DNA of 63,755 bases, the filler included, from an uncultured bacterium (GTDB taxonomy: Bacteria; Latescibacterota; UBA2968), in the NCBI GenBank assembly GCA_964471275.1. It is 2 parts of 2 records of this genome, joined end to end, with 100 filler letters (N's around TTAATTAATTAA, not from the genome) between each part and the next. Parts side by side here need not be neighbours in the genome. Positions count along the whole stretch, not along the records: positions 1 to 31,915 come from CAYYGZ010000021.1; 1 more part is not named here. One strand, written 5' to 3'. This document shows, piece after piece, positions 20,378 through 30,447 of the stretch. The position numbers and the translations under genes were made by a program. Within the stretch, counting starts at the first letter, position 1. Every line of letters starts with the position of its first letter. Under the pieces are notes generated by a model. That model made no database searches and was not told the DNA's origin. It was given only the letters and a program-made list of their open reading frames with translations.

Positions 20378-21505
20378 TCAATCCTGGAAGAACCTAAGGT
20401 CAGCGACCGATGCGACCTTGGCGGCTTCCTCGTTCAGGGTGACGCCCAGACCCGGAGACGTCGTTACTTTGATATGACCCTCCTGGATCAGGTTCTGTTC
20501 GACGAGGAGACCGGCCCAGAGCTCATTGTCCAGGTGGTGGAACTCCAGCACCTGGAAATTCGGTACGGCAGCGCAGACGTGCGTGGCCGCCATCGTGCCG
20601 ATCGGACTGCAGATGTTGTGCGGGCAGAACGGGATGTAGTAGAGCTCGGCGAGGTCAGCGATTTTACGGCCCTCGAGCAGCCCGCCGGCTTTGGCGAGAT
20701 CGGGTGATATGATGTCGGCCGCCTGCTTTTCTACGAGGTCGCGGAATCCGTGCGCCGTGTAGAAGTTCTCACCCGTACAGATGGGTGTTGTCGTCGCCTG
20801 GGTGAAGCGAGCCATCGCGTCAATGTTCTCAGGCGGAATCGGGTCCTCAAGCCAGAAGAGTCCGAGATCTTCGTAGGCTTTGGCAACCTGCAGGATATCG
20901 GCTGGCGAATGCTTCCAGTGGCCGTCGATCAACAGATCCGTGTTCGGATCAAGCGCATCGCGCAATGCCTTAACCACGTCGATGTAGTAGGCGATATGAT
21001 CATTGGATATCCCGCGGTTGTAGCGGTCACGTTGATCCGGCAGCGGGTCGATGTCGAATTTGATTGCATCGAACCCGCGCGCCTCGACTTCCTTCGCTTT
21101 TGTGATCCAGGTCTCGATTGAATCGGTCTCACCCGCGTGACAGTCGTTGTAGACACGGATACGGTCGCGGAACTTTCCTCCAAGCAGCTGCCAGATCGGG
21201 ACGCCTGCCGCCTGCCCCGTGATGTCCCAGAGCGCCATTTCGATGCCGCTGATCGCGCTCATCACGGCTCCTTGGTAGAATCCGGAAGCGGACATACGGC
21301 GCTGCATGTTCTTGTAAAGCTTGTCGACATTGCGAGGATCTTCTCCCAGCAGAGATACAGTGAGACGTGGATCGACGACGATCTGATGAACGCCTGCGCC
21401 ATGGTAGGCTTCTCCGATGCCGATGAGGCCTTCGTCGGTGATGACCTTGACAAGGACCCAGGGGAAGGGGGAAAGGAGCGTGGCGCCTATGTGGGTTATT
21501 CTCAT
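20378..21505 (-). CDS. Enolase superfamily acid-sugar dehydratase (galactonate/gluconate dehydratase-like)
   Basis: SGIEMALWDITG, IKFD, LIDGH, WLEDP, TGEN, PHN. Confidence 0.9.
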   Translation of the reverse strand: MRITHIGATLLSPFPWVLVKVITDEGLIGIGEAYHGAGVHQIVVDPRLTVSLLGEDPRNVDKLYKNMQRRMSASGFYQGAVMSAISGIEMALWDITGQAAGVPIWQLLGGKFRDRIRVYNDCHAGETDSIETWITKAKEVEARGFDAIKFDIDPLPDQRDRYNRGISNDHIAYYIDVVKALRDALDPNTDLLIDGHWKHSPADILQVAKAYEDLGLFWLEDPIPPENIDAMARFTQATTTPICTGENFYTAHGFRDLVEKQAADIISPDLAKAGGLLEGRKIADLAELYYIPFCPHNICSPIGTMAATHVCAAVPNFQVLEFHHLDNELWAGLLVEQNLIQEGHIKVTTSPGLGVTLNEEAAKVASVADLRFFQD

Positions 21506-21652
21506 GAGACCCTACAGGGAGAATTGGAAAAGTGGCCAACAATCCTGGGTGATGACGGTAGTATGATCGGCCCGATCAGATGCTCGTGTTGCGATGGATG
21601 GCTGAAGCCTCTCGGGTTGATCAACAGCCCCTGTCTGGGCACAGCCACCCCC

Positions 21653-21834
21653 GGTTTCGGCGCCCGCTGCGCCGACCCGATTCTTTGACCGACCAAAGAA
21701 TCGGGGAAGAAAGTCGCCGCTGGGCGCGGAGCCTGGCCAGAATCACTTCGTGAGCGGTCGCTGTGCGAGTTGATGGAAGTCATCTGTTGTTCAGGTCTCG
21801 GCTTCTTCGAAGAGGGGAGCGATACACGAAGTGA
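21653..21834. repeat. Structured intergenic palindromic element
   Basis: Perfect 12-bp stem CCCGATTCTTTG/CAAAGAATCGGG (21676-21705) and 10-bp IR TCACTTCGTG/CACGAAGTGA (21743-21834). Confidence 0.55.
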
Positions 21835-21947
21835 CCCTACTCGACGCCATTTCTGCGGCCGGTAAACGTGCGCCACGATATATCAGTGAGTTGCTGCGTG
21901 TCGACTCCGCTCAGTAGGATAGTTCTGGCTCTTCTCGTGATGGCTGG

Positions 21948-22565
21948 CTAGCCCTTTAACACCCTCGTGTTTCCATCCTCGGCGTTCAAGTAGCCCACCG
22001 ACCGGTTCAGGAACTCCTGCAACAAGCTCTCGGGTGTCAGCTCCGAGGTGTCGATCGCGAATTTCCGCTTCAACCAGCTCAGCCGTACTTCCTCGGTGTA
22101 GCGATCGAGGATCACCTCAACATCATCGGATGGGACGAGTTGATGGGGGTGAGGATCGGACGTCATTCGGGAACGGAGGATGTCGGGTGTGGTGTGCAAA
22201 TGGACGAGGATCACGTCATCGGGCAGATCGGGCTCATACTCGCGAATCTGGATGTTCTTGCCGGGGTAGTAGTACTTGGGCCCGTAGACCATCTCTTCAA
22301 TGTGGAAGCCGCCCATCAGGATGTGATCATACTTGTGGAACAAGCGAATGTGATAGACGAGCTGGAATCGCTGAAAGCGTTCCTTGATCGCGGGCATCAT
22401 GTCAAGCATGCCCTGCTGTTCATCCGGGATGAGATGGAAGGCATCGGGGATCGTGAAGTGATCGTCCAGGTGGTGATGGATGCCGCGCTGCAGGCCCCAC
22501 CTGTTGATGCCGTCGATCAATGTGCTGACGCCGGAGTATTCGCAGCCAACAACGATCAGACGCAT
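21948..22565 (-). CDS. Hypothetical protein, nucleoside/nucleotide kinase-like with degenerate P-loop
   Basis: MRLIVVGCEYSGVSTL, ILVHLHTTPDILRSRM lid-like segment, IDTS. AAAGGA RBS. Confidence 0.65.
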   Translation of the reverse strand: MRLIVVGCEYSGVSTLIDGINRWGLQRGIHHHLDDHFTIPDAFHLIPDEQQGMLDMMPAIKERFQRFQLVYHIRLFHKYDHILMGGFHIEEMVYGPKYYYPGKNIQIREYEPDLPDDVILVHLHTTPDILRSRMTSDPHPHQLVPSDDVEVILDRYTEEVRLSWLKRKFAIDTSELTPESLLQEFLNRSVGYLNAEDGNTRVLKG

Positions 22566-22669
22566 GTCGATCCTTTCGATGAGTGAGCACTCATCTTAAT
22601 ACCGAACCGACCGGCTTGAAACGCAAATTTCGGCCTGCTGGCGACCGAGAGTGGTGTCAGACGCAGACG

Positions 22670-23917
22670 CTACGCTGCGCCGACAACATCCATCGCCATA
22701 CGCGCCCAATCGTCGAGACGAGCGGGCGCGAACCGGACAGTGCTGACGTCCTTGAGGATGATTTCGAGCGGACACCCATCAGATCGCTCGAGAGCATCGC
22801 AAAGCATCGCACGGGCCCGTTGGAGGTTCCAGTCATCCTCGGCCAGAATGGCGGGGTTTGGCTTGTGAGAGATCACGTAGCGACTGTCGGCTTTCTCGGC
22901 CATCACGGCAATATCCGCCCAGGGACTGCACGAGATTTTGCGAAGGTTGGGCACGCGAGCGAGGATTTCGATCTTCAGGTGGAGGGGCTCGCAGCAGCCG
23001 TAGTAGGTGAGACCGAAGCGGTCGAGCCAGCGCCGTTCGTATTGGAGCGCGAATTCGTCGTGCATTGCGGGTGAGACTCCGGAGAAGATCTGAGCGGTCG
23101 CGCATCCCCAGATGTCCGCCAGTCCCGGAGGGGGTGCATCCGGTTCGGCTGGAGGCAGCTCGTCGGTATGGCCGAAGCCGCCCGACCCGATCCGGACCGG
23201 TCCGTTGTTCGAAGAGAGCAAGCTCAGCGCCTCCCACTGGTCGAGACGACATATGTAAGCATCGACGAGTCGATCCATCGCGGCGTGGACCATATCGGGC
23301 CGGTCGACCAGGTCCTGCATCGCCTTCTCCACACCCCACCATCTGATCAACTCGTCCCAGGGCGCGAACCATCTACCCGGGATCCCCCGTTTCGTGACCG
23401 GAATGAGGTCCCCGACCGCTTCGGCCAGGACCTCCAGGTGTCGATCCGTTTCGCTCTCATCGACGCTGACCTCCGGCATCTGGATCTTGTCGATGTCGGC
23501 CGGTTCCTTGATCTGCGGTTCGAACCCGCGCGACGCCACGGATCCCTCGTTCGCATAGATCTTCTGGCTCAACTCTTCGATCCCGAATCCGGTGTCGTTT
23601 ATCACGATCGATGAGTAGATAACAGGTTCGACGATCATATCGCAGGGGAAGTGGGACCACTGATACAATTCCTGTCGGAGCTGTCGCTCCAGCGATCGGA
23701 CACCGGGATCGTGGGACTGAAGCTGCAGTTCATCCCTCTCCTTTTCGATCTCATGCCAGGGCAATTCGTTAATCCACACTGGAGGCCGGGTTGGTGCAAG
23801 TTGATTGGTCCTGCGCCAGAGCTCCGTCGTCTCCGTGTGGATCGGTAAGGCAGCGATCTCGGCTTTGTGCTCCGCCAAATTCCGGAGAACTGATCTGTCG
23901 TGGTCGTCGATATGCAT
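22670..23917 (-). CDS. Uroporphyrinogen decarboxylase/methyltransferase-like TIM-barrel protein
   Basis: VSPAMHDEF, YYGCCEPL, SCSPW, KPNP motifs. Confidence 0.7.
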   Translation of the reverse strand: MHIDDHDRSVLRNLAEHKAEIAALPIHTETTELWRRTNQLAPTRPPVWINELPWHEIEKERDELQLQSHDPGVRSLERQLRQELYQWSHFPCDMIVEPVIYSSIVINDTGFGIEELSQKIYANEGSVASRGFEPQIKEPADIDKIQMPEVSVDESETDRHLEVLAEAVGDLIPVTKRGIPGRWFAPWDELIRWWGVEKAMQDLVDRPDMVHAAMDRLVDAYICRLDQWEALSLLSSNNGPVRIGSGGFGHTDELPPAEPDAPPPGLADIWGCATAQIFSGVSPAMHDEFALQYERRWLDRFGLTYYGCCEPLHLKIEILARVPNLRKISCSPWADIAVMAEKADSRYVISHKPNPAILAEDDWNLQRARAMLCDALERSDGCPLEIILKDVSTVRFAPARLDDWARMAMDVVGAA

Positions 23918-23961
23918 TCTTGCGTGCACTCGGCTGAATTGTGGTTGAGGCTACGGGTGAG

Positions 23962-24080
23962 GAAAGGGCGTTTCAAAAGGGCGGAGGCGTTTCAGGTTCC
24001 AAAGAATCCAGAAGCGGAGTGCTTTGCAGTCTTTTGGAACGCAGTTTGTGTTCTTTTGGAGCTTGAAGCGCCTTTGCCTC
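23962..24080. repeat. Dispersed palindromic repeat family A, copy 1
   Basis: CGTTTCAAAAGGGCGGAGGCGTTTCAGGTTCCAAAG ... TTTTGGAGCTTGAAGCGCC; left arm aligns with 47086-47122. Confidence 0.65.
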
Positions 24081-25055
24081 CTACCCGACGGCCTGAAGCA
24101 GGGCTTGCTGATAACCGATTGTGTAGGCGAAAGCGACCAGCTGCGGTTCAGGGCCTGCGATCTGCGGGACGTGATCGGGCATGAGCATGTGTTTGTAGCC
24201 GATTTCCTTATATGCCCTGAGGGCATCCAGCATCTTGACGTCGCCTTCGTCCGGGAAGGTTTCGACGAAATTGCAGAATCCGCCGGTTATGTTCCTGAAG
24301 TGGACGTTGAAGATCTTGTCTCGCTCGCCGAAGTAGCGGATGATGTCGCAGATCTCTTCGCCCGGTCTCTCGAGCATTTCGCAGACGGTGCCCTGACAGA
24401 AATTCAACCCGTGGTATGGATTCGGTGAGATATCGATGAATCGCTTGAGGCCCTCGACGCTGCCCATCACGCGATCGACCCCACGCAGACCTATCGGGCT
24501 TGGGACGGGCGGATCGTGGGGATGACAGGCGAGTCTGACCCGGTGCTGCTCGGCTACAGGTACCACCCGCTCGAGGAAGTAGGTGATGCGCTCCCACATC
24601 GTGTCCGCATCAACACGCCCGGCCTCGGTCAGGGGCTCTTGTTCGGCGTCATCGTAGACGAATGTCCGGTTCGACGACCCACCGCGACCGACCACACGAC
24701 CGGTACTGACGATGCCGAGATAGCTGAGGTAGTACTTCATCGCGGGAATCCCGGCTTCAGCGGCGGCCTCGATAATCTCACAGACGCGATCGATTTCTGC
24801 GTCGCGTCCGGGTCCACCCAGCATGATTTCCGGGAACTCGTCGTGGGCTGCGATCCCGATGTGAGCCAGTGGAATCAGACTCAGCGAAAGGCCGTGCGAT
24901 TCCATCTTCTCACGATGAGCTGAAAGCACGTCTGCCGTCCAGGTCGATGCTTTACCCGGTGGATTGCTGCAGATGTGGTCGACTCCCAACTGCTTTAGAT
25001 GCTGGTAGTAATCCGGCCCCGCATCGCGCGGTTCATACTGTGTTCCAATCACCAT
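24081..25055 (-). CDS. uxuA: Mannonate dehydratase family protein
   Basis: [40 protein letters not shown]. Confidence 0.85.
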   Translation of the reverse strand: MVIGTQYEPRDAGPDYYQHLKQLGVDHICSNPPGKASTWTADVLSAHREKMESHGLSLSLIPLAHIGIAAHDEFPEIMLGGPGRDAEIDRVCEIIEAAAEAGIPAMKYYLSYLGIVSTGRVVGRGGSSNRTFVYDDAEQEPLTEAGRVDADTMWERITYFLERVVPVAEQHRVRLACHPHDPPVPSPIGLRGVDRVMGSVEGLKRFIDISPNPYHGLNFCQGTVCEMLERPGEEICDIIRYFGERDKIFNVHFRNITGGFCNFVETFPDEGDVKMLDALRAYKEIGYKHMLMPDHVPQIAGPEPQLVAFAYTIGYQQALLQAVG

Positions 25056-25224
25056 TCAACGAATTCCTCTATTGGGTGTGCTCCACGAGAGATGTGCCCG
25101 CCCTAGATGGACGAAGGCTCATCGATATCGACCTGACATTCAGTCATTGATTACTTGAATCCTCAGCACGGCATCCTCTGCAGGCCAACCCTCTCTCATC
25201 ATCCAGCTCACTTCGAGCGGCCGG

Positions 25225-25353
25225 TTAGTACCCTCGCCGTCTGCCCATTCCGATCCTGGTATGGATCGCGTTCATCCACTCGTACGGCAGCACGACAGCG
25301 AAGATCGCGATCCCCGCTGCCGTGCCGAATGTCCGAAGTGCCAGAGGCAGCAT
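25225..25353 (-). pseudogene. Possible fragment of a membrane-protein gene
   Basis: MLPLALRTFGTAAGIAIFAVVLPYEWMNAIHTRIGMGRRRGY*: hydrophobic and protein-like, next to a REP-like copy. Confidence 0.3.
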
Positions 25354-25431
25354 TCGTTCTCTTCAGCTTGCTTAGCGTCGGGTGTGCCAGAGATCGAGTC
25401 GAGTTGCCGTTTCGGTTGCGGCCACCGATTT

Positions 25432-25504
25432 CCCTGAGTAGGCATATCGCTGATTGGCAGTCGGTTGTGATGAAGGCAGTATAGGGCTTGCCGTATCGAA
25501 GGGC
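25432..25504 (-). repeat. Dispersed REP-like element, family B copy 2
   Basis: CCCTGAGTAGGCA ... TGCCGTATCGAAGGGC is the reverse complement of the ends at 10383-10458. Confidence 0.7.
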
Positions 25505-25746
25505 GCTCCCGTCCGTGCGGACACACTTGCCGATCACCCTTCGATAAGAGGTGTACATTCCCTACAGATTCAGGAAACAGGGATCTGCTCGGCCACGACG
25601 TCACTCCCACTTTCGCACAGGCTTCGGCGGACAAGCAGAGCGAACGGGGACGTGAGGTTGCGGAAGGTAGGTTAGTCATCCTAGGGAGTGGCAACATATC
25701 AGTTATCGGGTATCAACTGATGCCTCCGGATAGCCAGTGGGAGAAC

Positions 25747-25787
25747 AAAAAGCGGGAGCAGCCCTGTCGGCGCTCCCGCTTCTCTTT
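25747..25787 (-). terminator. Rho-independent terminator after parC
   Basis: Stem AGCGGGAGC/GCTCCCGCT followed by TTTTT on the minus strand. Confidence 0.8.
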
Positions 25788-25818
25788 ATGGTCGTGTGGC
25801 CGAACGCTGTTCCGAGTC

Positions 25819-27714
25819 TCATTCCCCGGCCGTGAATCTGCCGCCTTTCACCTCCCGATTCGCCAACCGAACGCCCTTTGCCTTGTTGCCCTTCACCTGG
25901 AATTCCTCGACTTCGAATTCTTCCTGGACCACCCGGACACGCGGTTTGGGCTTGTAGTCGACGAGAACCATCTGGTCCCTCTCGGTGGTCAGCTTTATCG
26001 GCTTGCACCCCGACGGCACCAGATCGTAGCCCTTCTTGAGGATGAACTTGTCGATCGTGAAGCGCTTGAGACAGGGATTGCCCTTCTCGTCGCGATAGAG
26101 CAGCGTGAATACCCGCTTTGGATCGATGAAGCCGCAGAAGAGCATCCCCTTGTCGATGAATAGACGATCCGGAGCGTCCTGGACGGACCAGGTACCGGTC
26201 TTCTTGATGACGAGAACACGATCGTAAGGGCTGACTTCGAACTGCGTCGCGCCGCTGACGTCGTAGCCCAGGTATCCCCGTGCCGAATCATACTTGAGGA
26301 TCAGGTTGCGCTGAGCGGCATCGCGGACGTCGACCTGCTCGAGATCGACGATCTCCGTATTCCTCGGGAACTGCTTGCCATATTTCTTGAGCAGGCCCTG
26401 GAGGTAGTCGACGGCATAATCCTTGAGTGCCTTGAGATGCTTACGCACTGCGCGCAGGCGCTTCCGCATCTCGATCGTTTCTTCTGATGCCTTGTTGATG
26501 TCGTAGAGCGAGATACGGCGGATCGGGATTCGCAACAGCGTGGCGACGTCTTCGTCTGTCACCTCGCGCTTGATGACGTTCTTGAAGGGCTTGAGCCCGT
26601 CCTGAACGGCCTTGTTCACGGCTTCCGCAGTTTCCTGCTCCTCGATTTCCTTGTAGATCCTGTTTTCGATGAAGATCTGTTCGAGCGTCTTCGCGTGCAG
26701 TTTGTCGCCAAGGTCCCGCTCTTCCAGCTTGAGCTCCAGCTTGAGCACGTCGAGAAGCTTGTCGGTCCCGTGCTTGACGACGTCCGTGACGTTCATGATG
26801 TGCGGACGGTCGTCCTTTATGGCCAGCAGGTTGGCCGAGATCGAGTTCTCGCAACCGGTGAAGGCGTAGAGCGCGTCGACCGTGTCTTTCGACTTCACAC
26901 CGCGGGCCAGATGGATGTCGATTTCAACACCCTCGGTCGTGAAGTCCGAGATCGAACTGATCTTGAGCTTGCCCTTTTTCGATGCGTCCTCGACGGACGT
27001 GATCAGGTTCTCCGAGGTATAGCCGAATGGAAGCTCGCGCACGACGATCCGTTTGGGGTCCTTGGTGTCGAGGACCGCACGAATCAGGATCTTGCCGTTC
27101 CCGTCGGTGTATTCCGAAACGTCCATCTGTCCGCCGGTCGGGAAGTCGGGGTAGAGCTTGAACTTCTTGCCCTTGAGATGGGCAATCTGAGCTTCAAGGA
27201 CTTCACAGAAGTTGTGCGGCAGGATGCGTGTCGACATCCCGACGGCGATCCCTTCCGTTCCGAGTATCAGGAGCAGCGGAATCTTGGCCGGAAAGACGAC
27301 CGGCTCTTTGTTGCGACTGTCATAGGTGTCAACATACTCGGTAATGGACTCGTTCAACAGAACATCACGAGCAAGCTCGGTCAGTCGACACTCGATGTAT
27401 CGTGCAGCGCTGGCTTCGTCACCCGTGAAGATGTTACCGAAGTTGCCCTGCTTCTCGATCAGGTAGTCCTTCTGTGCCAGTACGATGAGGGCGCCCTCGA
27501 TCGATTGATCACCGTGCGGGTGATACTTCATCGTGTTACCGACGATGTTGGCGACCTTGTGGAATTTACCGTCGTCCACCTCGGCGAGCGAGTGCAGGAT
27601 ACGTCGCTGTACCGGTTTCAAACCGTCATCGACTTCGGGTATGGCGCGGTCTTTGATGACGTAGCTGGCATATTCGAGATAATTCTGTTCGTAGAGTTTA
27701 TCGACGTAGGGCAC
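25819..27714 (-). CDS. parC: DNA topoisomerase IV subunit A (short GyrA/ParC type)
   Basis: DRAIP...DGLKPVQRRI, YHPHGD, SAARYIE catalytic Tyr, GIAVGMST; 631 aa, no GyrA-box visible. Confidence 0.88.
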   Translation of the reverse strand: MPYVDKLYEQNYLEYASYVIKDRAIPEVDDGLKPVQRRILHSLAEVDDGKFHKVANIVGNTMKYHPHGDQSIEGALIVLAQKDYLIEKQGNFGNIFTGDEASAARYIECRLTELARDVLLNESITEYVDTYDSRNKEPVVFPAKIPLLLILGTEGIAVGMSTRILPHNFCEVLEAQIAHLKGKKFKLYPDFPTGGQMDVSEYTDGNGKILIRAVLDTKDPKRIVVRELPFGYTSENLITSVEDASKKGKLKISSISDFTTEGVEIDIHLARGVKSKDTVDALYAFTGCENSISANLLAIKDDRPHIMNVTDVVKHGTDKLLDVLKLELKLEERDLGDKLHAKTLEQIFIENRIYKEIEEQETAEAVNKAVQDGLKPFKNVIKREVTDEDVATLLRIPIRRISLYDINKASEETIEMRKRLRAVRKHLKALKDYAVDYLQGLLKKYGKQFPRNTEIVDLEQVDVRDAAQRNLILKYDSARGYLGYDVSGATQFEVSPYDRVLVIKKTGTWSVQDAPDRLFIDKGMLFCGFIDPKRVFTLLYRDEKGNPCLKRFTIDKFILKKGYDLVPSGCKPIKLTTERDQMVLVDYKPKPRVRVVQEEFEVEEFQVKGNKAKGVRLANREVKGGRFTAGE

Positions 27715-27820
27715 TATGATACTCCGTTATGTCCGCTCAGTGTCGAGCCGGAGAGCAGGCGCAAAGGCGAGCGGGAGGAGATTTCGCCAGTTCTCCTGCT
27801 CTCCTCTTGCGTACTTCTGG

Positions 27821-29725
27821 CTAGATGAGGTTCTCGATGATGTAGTCTTTTCGTTCCGGGGTGTTTCGGCCCATGTAGAATTCGAGCATATCCGGAACTT
27901 CCTGTAGACTGCGCAGGTTGACTTTGACGGCACGCATGTCTTCGCCGATGAACTGGCCGAATTCCTTGGGTGATATTTCGCCCAGCCCCTTGAAGCGCGT
28001 GACTTCCGACCCACGGATCTCGGCAATCGCGGTATCGCGTTCCTTTTCGCTGTAGCAGTAGCGTGTTTCCTTGTTGTTCCTGACGCGGAAGAGCGGTGTT
28101 TCCAGGATGTAGACGTGACCCCGTTGGACAAGCTCTTCAAAGAACGAGAGGAAGAACGTGAGGAGCAGGATGCGGATGTGGAAGCCGTCGTGGTCTGCAT
28201 CCGTCGCGATCACGACCTTGTTGAACCGAAGGCTGTCGACGCTGTCCTCGATACCGAGTGCCGACATGAGATTGAACATTTCGACGTTCTTGTAGATGGC
28301 CGCCCGTGTCTTGCCGTGCAGGTTCATCGGGACGCCCTTGAGACCGAATATGGCCTGGGTGTAGACGTCGCGAGCCGAGACCATGGAACCTGCGGCGGAC
28401 GGGCCTTCCGTGATGAAGATGGTCGAGTCCTCACCGTGTTTCTTGTGGTCAAGATGAAACTTGCTGTCCTTGAAGTGCGGAATCTTGATGGCGATCTTCT
28501 TCGCCGCTTCCTTTGCCTCTTTCTTGACTGCGTTCAATTCCTTCCGAAGCTTCTCGTTGTGGACGATCTTGTCCTCGAGCTTCTTCGCGGTCGTACGGTT
28601 CTTGTGCAGCCAGTCGACGACGGCAGAACGTGTGTCCGACACGATCCAGGCGCGCACGTCGGCGTTCCCCAGCTTGTTCTTGGTTTGCGACTCGAAGACC
28701 GGCTCCTTGAGCTTCACGGCAACCGCACCCGTGATCGACTCACGGACATCCGCGCCGTTGTAGTTTTTCTTGTAATACTCGTTGACGCCCTTCAGGATGC
28801 CCTCGCGGAAGGCGCTCTGGTGGGTCCCACCGTCGCTCGTGTGCTGACCGTTTACGAAGGAATAGTACGTCTCACCGTAGTTCGAGGTATGCGTAAACGC
28901 GAACTCCATATACTGGCTCTTGTGATATGCAGCCTCGTAGATGGCCGTATCACCGACTTCGCGTTCCAGGAACTCCTGAAGTCCGTTCTTGGTTACGAAT
29001 CTCTGCTTGTTGTAGATGAGCGTGAGGCCACTGTTGAGGCACGCGTAGTTCCACATCCGACGTTCGATATACTCGGCGTTGTATGTGTATTCGTCGAATA
29101 TCTCGTAGTCCGGCAGGAATTCGAAGTTGGTTCCATCCGGCTCCTCGGGAGCCTTCCCCTTTTTCTCCTTCAACAATTTCCCGCGTGAGAACGTGGCCTC
29201 GGAATACTTCCCCGCGCGATAGGCGACGACCTTGAAGTCCTCGCTCAGGGCGTTGACCGCCTTGGTGCCGACCCCGTTCAATCCGACGCTGAACTGAAAT
29301 ACCTCATCGTTATATTTGGCGCCGGTGTTGATTTGTGAGACAAACTCGACAACCTTACCGAGGGGGATACCCCGCCCGTAGTCGCGGACGGTCACTCGAC
29401 CCGAGTCCTCGACCTTGATGTCGATCTTTTTCCCGTAGCCCATGATGAACTCATCGATCGCGTTATCGACGATTTCCTTGAGCAAGATATAGATACCGTC
29501 ATCAATGTCCGTACCGTCGCCCAACCTGCCGATATACATCCCCGTACGTAGACGGATGTGCTCGAGCGAACTGAGCGTCTTGACCTTGCTCTCATCGTAA
29601 GTGTGCGCGCCGTTCTTTCGACCCGACTTGGTGTGATCGTTGGTCTTTCCGTTTGATTTGGGCTTGGTAGGTGTGACAGCGAGCGCAAGTTGATCTTCGC
29701 TTCCGGGTGCAGCTTTGGCTGGCAT
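27821..29725 (-). CDS. parE: DNA topoisomerase IV subunit B
   Basis: EHIRLRTGMYIG, EIVDNAIDE, DYGRGIP, GLNGVG, TEGPSA, TDADHDG, RFKGLGE. Confidence 0.88.
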   Translation of the reverse strand: MPAKAAPGSEDQLALAVTPTKPKSNGKTNDHTKSGRKNGAHTYDESKVKTLSSLEHIRLRTGMYIGRLGDGTDIDDGIYILLKEIVDNAIDEFIMGYGKKIDIKVEDSGRVTVRDYGRGIPLGKVVEFVSQINTGAKYNDEVFQFSVGLNGVGTKAVNALSEDFKVVAYRAGKYSEATFSRGKLLKEKKGKAPEEPDGTNFEFLPDYEIFDEYTYNAEYIERRMWNYACLNSGLTLIYNKQRFVTKNGLQEFLEREVGDTAIYEAAYHKSQYMEFAFTHTSNYGETYYSFVNGQHTSDGGTHQSAFREGILKGVNEYYKKNYNGADVRESITGAVAVKLKEPVFESQTKNKLGNADVRAWIVSDTRSAVVDWLHKNRTTAKKLEDKIVHNEKLRKELNAVKKEAKEAAKKIAIKIPHFKDSKFHLDHKKHGEDSTIFITEGPSAAGSMVSARDVYTQAIFGLKGVPMNLHGKTRAAIYKNVEMFNLMSALGIEDSVDSLRFNKVVIATDADHDGFHIRILLLTFFLSFFEELVQRGHVYILETPLFRVRNNKETRYCYSEKERDTAIAEIRGSEVTRFKGLGEISPKEFGQFIGEDMRAVKVNLRSLQEVPDMLEFYMGRNTPERKDYIIENLI

Positions 29726-29891
29726 ATGCACTTTCCGTCGAACGGGGAGAGGAGGCCGTAAGTAGCGGACAGACTACGTCAAACGACGTGTGCCGCAACG
29801 GACACCTGCTAATAAAGATATTGGATTCCGCCAGGGGAGGCGGATTTGAATTCTGCCTGGGGACTGCTTGAGCACTTCGTAGGGGATTCAT

Positions 29892-29920
29892 AATATACTG
29901 TTGCATATTGGCTGGATCAA
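29892..29920 (-). promoter_or_regulatory. Putative sigma70 promoter for parE-parC
   Basis: Minus strand TTGATC-N17-TATATT in an AT-rich patch about 170 nt upstream of parE. Confidence 0.5.
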
Positions 29921-30447
29921 GTTCTGTGTAACGCGTTTAGGAATAGGTGGTTGGGCCGATTGAGGGTGTGCACGCTGATGGGACAAGCCGAAATCAGCAC
30001 ATATCGAATCGTGAGGCACCAAACGGCGAAGTCGCGGGCGAGATTGAACCGGGATCCCCATTTCGCCGGTGTCTGCTGTGGTTTCGGCTTGGCCAAGTCG
30101 GGATGTCTTACGCTCGGATGGGCAGGATCTGGTGAGAACCCGTAGCTGGTTTTCCGCAGGCTACCTGCTCAGGCTTACTGTAGATCCGAGATGGATGAGA
30201 GCGCCAATCGTTCCTGACGAATGTCCCAGCTACCGATATTCCTCCGGGCCGTAGGTAGTCAGGGCGTCATCCGCCAAGGCCCGCAAGGGCCTCAGATCGA
30301 GCCTGCGATACTCCCCAACATTTACACTCCGACACTGCAGAGATCTTGCGGTGACCTTTTGCGCATCCGGTTGCCTATCCAGAGAGTGGCGTTCCTGATT
30401 TACGATCCTGCGCCCCTGTCAGGGGCATACCTCCGCGATACGCACGT

